Shown here one piece after another: positions 20,461 to 26,052 of a stretch of 26,052 nt of DNA. The stretch lies in assembly GCA_051942205.1 (NCBI GenBank), contig JAVECO010000032.1, forward strand, positions 124,001-150,052. The letters run 5' to 3'. This stretch comes from Coniocarpon cinnabarinum (Eukaryota). The notes beneath the pieces were generated by a model. It saw nothing but the letters and a program-made list of their open reading frames with translations, was not told the origin of the DNA and ran no database searches. Within the stretch, counting starts at the first letter, position 1. Every line of letters begins with the position of its first letter. The position numbers and the translations under genes were made by a program.

Positions 20461-21564
20461 ATGCTGGGGAAAGTATTACGCACAATGGCAGAGGCTGCAA
20501 GCAAAAGACAGAAATTGACCGGCCCACTGATTGGCACGCATTCCGGCCATTTCCACGCTGATGAAGCCCTCGCTGTCTACATGTTGAGGCTCCTGCCAAC
20601 ATATTCACATTCTCCGTTGGTACGCAGCCGTGATCCAGAAGTCCTGAAAGGTTGCCACACGGTGGTCGACGTTGGCGGACAATATGACCCCTCCCTCAAT
20701 CGATACGATCATCACCAGCGCGAGTTCAACACCACTTTCCCAGAGCACAACACCAAACTCTCGAGTGCCGGCCTGGTGTTCATGCATCTGGGCAGATCCA
20801 TCATCGCCCAGCAGACGCAGTTGCCTGAGGACAGCGACGAAGTAGCCCAGCTCTACCAGAAGATGTATGACGATTTCGTGGAAGCGTTCGATGCTAACGA
20901 CAACGGCATTTCCGCCTACGATACGAGCGAGCTCCGGAACATGGGCATCAGCAAACGCTTCAATGACCGTGGCTTCAGTATTGCTTCCGTCGTGAGCCGA
21001 TTTAACTACGCACGGGGCGACGCAAGCGCACAACAACCTGACCACGAGAAATCACCCGAGCAGCTACAAGCCGAGGAGGATGCCAGGTTTCTGCAAGCAT
21101 CCGAGTTCACAGGCAGCCAGTTTGTGAGCGAATTGACAGACGCATTCCACTCGTGGCTGCCAGCCCGACACATTGTCCACGAAAGCTTCCTCAATCGCAA
21201 GCAATATGATTCTCAGGGGCGCATACTCGTCCTGCCATGGCGCAAGGAGGGTCTGCCGTGGCACGACCACCTCTACAAGATTGAGGAAGAGCAGCGTGAG
21301 GCGGGCGTGACGCTGTACACATTATTCCCCGAAAACGGCGAGAAGGACAGCAAATGGCGGATTCGCGCGGTCTCGAGGAGCTCTGAGGGATTCGAGCTGC
21401 GGAAGCCGCTGCCGGAGGGGTGGCGTGGGGTGAGAGATGAGGAATTGTCGAAGCTTGCCGGCATCGACGGTTGTGTCTTTGTGCATGCTTCTGGGTTTAT
21501 TGGGGGCAATCAGACGTTTGAGGGAGCACTGAAGATGGCACAGACGGCCCTGACGATGGGCTGA
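20461..21564 (+). CDS. MYG1: MYG1 exonuclease (UPF0160, DHH family)
   Basis: IGTHSGHFHADEALA, VVDVGG, RYDHHQ, TKLSSAGLVF, DANDNGI, RKPLPEGWRG and CVFVHASGFIGGN. An alternative in-frame start lies at 20485. Confidence 0.95.
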   Translation: MLGKVLRTMAEAASKRQKLTGPLIGTHSGHFHADEALAVYMLRLLPTYSHSPLVRSRDPEVLKGCHTVVDVGGQYDPSLNRYDHHQREFNTTFPEHNTKLSSAGLVFMHLGRSIIAQQTQLPEDSDEVAQLYQKMYDDFVEAFDANDNGISAYDTSELRNMGISKRFNDRGFSIASVVSRFNYARGDASAQQPDHEKSPEQLQAEEDARFLQASEFTGSQFVSELTDAFHSWLPARHIVHESFLNRKQYDSQGRILVLPWRKEGLPWHDHLYKIEEEQREAGVTLYTLFPENGEKDSKWRIRAVSRSSEGFELRKPLPEGWRGVRDEELSKLAGIDGCVFVHASGFIGGNQTFEGALKMAQTALTMG

Positions 21565-21917
21565 GACGAGCTGTGCAATCCGAAGCTTTTCAATTGCAAT
21601 CCACATACAATACAGAACTCTGTAGCAATTGTGAAATGTACCTATACATCTTCGCCCGTAATTGACCATGGAAATCCCGCGCACATGACCGAAACCCTGT
21701 AAGCCTAAGCAGCAGAAAGGCGGTGAATGTGCGTAGCGGCCCAGACCGACTGTTGCGTCCAATTTGGCAGTGCCAGAGATGGCGCCACCACGTGTGAATC
21801 TGGCCTTGAGGTGTCCAAGAGGCTGCGTCCAACAAGAGAAAGACAATGCGGATATAGAGAGTTAAGCAGTGAATGCTGTGAGCATCCATGACGCCGAGCA
21901 GCACCACGTTTGAGGCT

Positions 21918-21938
21918 TGGAGGTGGAGGTGGAGGTGG
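21918..21938 (+). repeat. (TGGAGG)3.5 microsatellite
   Basis: tggaggtggaggtggaggtgg is read directly from the sequence. Confidence 0.6.
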
Positions 21939-22183
21939 CATCACATTCCGGAGGCAGAATCCGAGGCGACGAGTCCGCCGTGACGCGTCTGATCAACAGA
22001 AAAAGCCGATCAGCTGCAGCGAGGATCTTGGAGAGAGAGATAGAAGGGTCCCTGCAGGTTGAAAATAGAACAAAAGGCGCAAGGAACCAGGACTCGGGCG
22101 ATGGTACCTTGCACAAGGGGCGCCTGATACCCCAGAAAACGCAGGAAACCGTCGCTGGCGCCCGCCGTGCCCACTAAGCGTCG

Positions 22184-22237
22184 CCCCCGGTTGCCCCCCA
22201 GGCTGCCCACACTGCCCACCGCCCACTGCCCACTGCC
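22184..22237. repeat. C-tract / CCCACTG-like tandem repeat upstream of sog2 (G-quadruplex consensus on the minus strand)
   Basis: Six runs of at least 3 C with 4-6 nt spacers: ccccc ggttg cccccc aggctg ccc acactg ccc accg ccc actg ccc. Confidence 0.55.
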
Positions 22238-22431
22238 TGTCCAATCAGCGGGCTCCAAAGCCTCATGCACCCTGCCCCCTCCACCTGCTCTTGTGTCTTT
22301 TTCCACACTTCCTCACCTTCCACTCCACTACTTCACCACTCCCCACCGCTTCCTCTCTTTCCTCCGTCCCTCGCGCGATGCTCGTCTCGCCCTGATCATC
22401 TTCCTACGGAGCCTGCAGGTCTGAAGCCGCC

Positions 22432-25400
22432 ATGGCTTCTTTCGGCCTCGCAGCGTCTCCGGACTCTGGTGACGACGTCCTCCAGCGCCCACACTACACT
22501 CACCACTCAACTGCCTCCTCAGCCCAACTCCAGCTCCTAGCCGATGCTCATAACCACGCTCGCTCTTGGGCGGACCATGAGAACGGCCCTGAGAGCCCCA
22601 ATTTCTTTGCATCCTGTAATTTCTCAAACCGCGGTCTGACATGGCTGCCCGCCGAGCTCGTCGACATCATCGGCGAAAAGGCCTTCAAGCTTGCCTTGGA
22701 TCACAATCCATTGAACAGCCTGTCAGGGATCTCTGCTCGATTGGGCGAATTCCGCAACCTAAGCATTCTACTGCTTCAACAATGTGCATTTTCAGATTTT
22801 CCCCGAGAGGTGAGTCGGCAGTGGGGCTTTTGCTCCCAATGACATGAGTCGAGACTGACAACTATCAGGTCCTGGCCTGCACCGCCCTTGAAACTTTGGA
22901 CCTGAGCAACAATCACATCAAGGCCATACCTGAGGACTTCTCACGGTTGTCAAAGCTCAAAAGATTCAATGTTGCTCACAACCGAGTGACTGAGGTACCG
23001 ACGTGCATGAGCTCCATGTCCTCTTTGCACTGGATCGTCTTGTGGGGCAACCCTATTATGCTACCAAATCCATCCCTTTGGAGGATCAATCATGATAATG
23101 CAATGTCTGGACCAACCATTGTCCAGTCCGAGTGGAGCATTATCCGTAACGAAACTCGTCAACTGAAACGGGCTCTTGGCGGCGTCGACAAACCGGAACA
23201 GTCTCCGCAGAGTGCCTCGCCGTGAGTATCCTTCCTGCAATTGACATTGATATCTGTCCGCTGACCCTGCCGGAGTAGTGAATCTTCAGCTACAAATACC
23301 CCACGACCTCTTCCACGCAGGAAATTCACTGGTCGCTTTCCAGTTCGTCCCAGTATGAGCAGCGTGGACACAGACTCTCCGTCAAGTCCGCCACCTCAAT
23401 CCCCTGCGACGATACGTCCTACACTCAAGACAGCCAAGACAATGGCAGTCCCACAGCAAGTGCCCAAAATGGGACTTGTACCCGAACCACTCCGTCTTTC
23501 TGATCGCAATCGCTCCAACTCTGAAAGCCGCACGATGACGCGTCGCCAAAAGCGAATGGGAGTGCATGTGTCAAGAGGCGGTAACAGCTCCGGCGAAATG
23601 TCTTTAGCCGGTTCCATTGACAACACCAACGATACCACCAGTCACTCTCGCGACACGAGCGCCGGATCCCGCGTCCTAGAACAGATGCATGCCAGCGGCA
23701 TTCGAGAAAACGAGCATAGACAGGACCCTTTCCGTTTGCAACAAGGGAATGAAGATCAGCCATCCACTCTACGAGAGAGAAAGAGGACCTCATATTTACT
23801 TCCGCCTGATCTATTAGTCGCAGAAGCCATCGTCGACATCGTCGACCAGATGGAAATGCCCATCAAACGGCTTGTCAACGCCGCCACTTCCTCTGGTCTG
23901 ATTGGGAAAAACCTCGATCGCTCCTGCACTGCAGCATTCGCACGCCGGGGTGACTTGGCAAAAGCCCTTCGTGGCGAACGCGATCCCAGTCGAGACAATG
24001 GTCACAAGCGATTATCAGCTGGACACTTTCATGAGCTGTGCGACGATACTATGGACGGTTTTGAGCATTTGATTGATTTTACGCTGGACAGTCTCGACAC
24101 TATACTCGCAAATGGTCGAAAACGAGATCTGCGAATGCTCGTCACAACTGTATCTACCAGCGTTTATGAAGTAATGGATCTCTGGAATCACTTCAAGGAG
24201 ATGGTTGAGCGTGTCGAGGAAGCCAATGCATCACAACAGGAAGATCAGGAGGCACAAGTCACTGTGCGACCAACATCACCGGCAGTTCGACCTATCACGA
24301 GCTTGCGCATCAAGGACCCTAATTATCGCGTGCGACATGTGGCTCAGGGCTCGAGTATCAACAAGCCGCTGCAATCCCCCAGATCTATCAAGTCTACCAG
24401 CCAGAACAGCCTGCATTCGCGCATGCAAAGTTACGCAAACAGCTCAAGCAAGGTCCCGGAGTTTGGACCACCCACCCCAGCAATGACGAACTCCAGTAGC
24501 TTCCCCTCAGAGCCCTCGACCGATCCGTCAGACACCGACGAAGAAGACCGGGCTTTTGAACCAGTCTTCAAAGCCATGAATAATGCGGCTAAGGATGCGT
24601 TCGAGCCGCTGAACGTGTGCAAGGCAATCTTTCATGCAATGATCCACGGGGAACGCACCGAGCCCAGCGCAACTGAGAAAGCGATCTATCAACGGCTCCT
24701 AGAATACGCCGACGTGGCATACATTAACTGCGGAGAGTTCAGAAATCGCCTTGAAACGTTGCCGGTTCATGAAGCGCATCAGCGCTCCTCAGTCGAATTC
24801 TGGCAAAGCTATGCCCATTTCAGCAAGGCGTTCAAAGATTTCGCCAAATCCATCAGAGCTTATGACTCGCAGGTCAACATTCCGCCAGTGGTCATTCGCA
24901 TGCTCAAACCCGTGCACAAATCGATCCGAGATAGCACCGTGATCGTGGGACAAAGCCCTTGGCGCGACCTCGTTAATTCTGGACCTACTTCGGCGAGTCC
25001 GTCATCTGCCGTACATGGCCAACTTCCCTTCTCCAGATCGAATCCTCCGCCGACGCCGGCGCCAGCACCACTTTCAAGCCTGCATCGATCAGAATCGACC
25101 GACGAAGCTCGAGTCAAAGACCCGCCATCCCGTGATCTTCCTGCTCGACCTGGCCTTAAGGGACTCGGACTGAAGACCTCCCGTGCATCGCCCACTCTAT
25201 CCATCCGCACAAGCTCAGCGAGCAGCACATCCACTATTCGACCGGCGATCAGAGCGAGCAGTCGACTGGCCTACGACCGGCCTGCCCCTAGTGCCGAGCC
25301 GACTCCCATTGCAACGACGACGTCAGACTCCTACTTCGGCGAAGGCCCAGCAGCCAGCCGTCCAGCGTCGCGATACGCACCGAGCTTCCCGGATCTCTCT

Positions 25401-25778
25401 CCCGCCACGTACGGAACCGGGTCCCGCAGTGGCAACAGCAGCGGCTATAACACGCCGCTGCCGCCCACTCCCATGAGCGCGGCCCTGGGCCCCGCGGTCC
25501 AAGCGACCTTCGGGGCCGCCACAAACACAGGTACGGTTAAAAAGATCAGCCCGTTCTCGGACCATGCTGGCTCGCATGCAGCCCAGCATGGCTTTGACAA
25601 TGTGATGACTAACGGGCATTTAGGGTCGACGCCGGCAAGCTACGCGGGGCTCGCCACAATTTCGTCTGGCCGGCCAACTCCCATCGAGCGCAGCGTTAGC
25701 GCCGCTGGGTACTCGTCGGGTGCCGCCCTGCGTGGAGCAGGGCGGAACGTTGGCCGCAGTGCGTCGCAGAGACGGTAA
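22432..25778 (+). CDS. SOG2: RAM signalling network LRR protein Sog2, about 1076 aa (possible extra exon to 26047)
   Basis: GCCGCCATGG start; join(22432..22809,22869..23221,23279..25778). N-terminal LRRs (LALDHNPL, LDLSNNHIKAIP, FNVAHNRVTEVP, LWGNPI), TPRP...GRFPVRPS, NRSNSE, KRMG, helical SOG2-like regions and a TPLPPTPMSAALGPAVQAT motif. Confidence 0.85.
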
Positions 25779-25857
25779 TTAAAAAATTTCCACATCCAAT
25801 TGCTGTCTCCGTGCTGCACTCGAGAATAGTATGGGCTGATACCAGAGTTTTCCCTAG

Positions 25858-26047
25858 ACGATCAGACGCTGCCATTTCGTCTTCGGACGAAATGGGCATG
25901 CAAGAGTTCCTGCGGACTACGGCGCCGACGCCCCCTCCGACGCCGACCGAGCCCACGAGGCCCAACGTGAAGAGATTTCGGTCTCTTCCACGTTTGAATG
26001 CCCGAGTGGGTGGCGCCGTACGTCGGCTGCTGCGGTCGGGGGAGTGA
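25858..26047 (+). CDS. SOG2: Candidate terminal exon 4 of Sog2 (alternative C-terminus, +62 aa)
   Basis: Donor CG|GTAATT at 25775 overlaps the TAA stop, followed by branch-like GCTGAT and acceptor TTTTCCCTAG at 25857. The phase matches an open frame reading RSDAAISSSDEMGMQEFLRTTAPTPPPT...LLRSGE*. Confidence 0.5.
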
Positions 26048-26052
26048 GGGGG

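Noticed and set aside
1..26052. CRISPR arrays, tRNA/rRNA genes, prokaryotic operons or intact mobile elements
   Set aside because: The sequence is intron-containing fungal DNA, and no such repeats or structures were observed.

Overview
This is eukaryotic DNA from a compact-genome filamentous ascomycete: introns are short GT-AG types (mostly 45-60 nt) with CTRAY-like branch sites. The left half looks accessory. It holds a small Gly/Lys/Asn/Asp-rich ORF, a 10-exon fungal NLR on the minus strand (SesB-like alpha/beta-hydrolase + NB-ARC + TPR), a 5-exon CmcJ/AsaB/NvfI-family oxygenase divergent from a 3-exon CorA-like protein, an SDR and a putative amidoligase. My reconstruction of the NLR has two in-frame stops, and its hydrolase domain lacks the catalytic Ser and His. 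The right half looks more conserved: cyanamide hydratase, a divergent pair of class II aldolase and LtnD-like dehydrogenase, MYG1 exonuclease and the RAM-pathway LRR protein Sog2. The three most notable points are the pseudo-hydrolase NLR with a stop at the effector/NOD boundary, the aldolase/LtnD-like pair suggesting an uncharacterised sugar-acid catabolic module, and a cryptic last exon giving Sog2 an alternative C-terminus. All gene models and family calls were made by hand from motifs; no searches were run.
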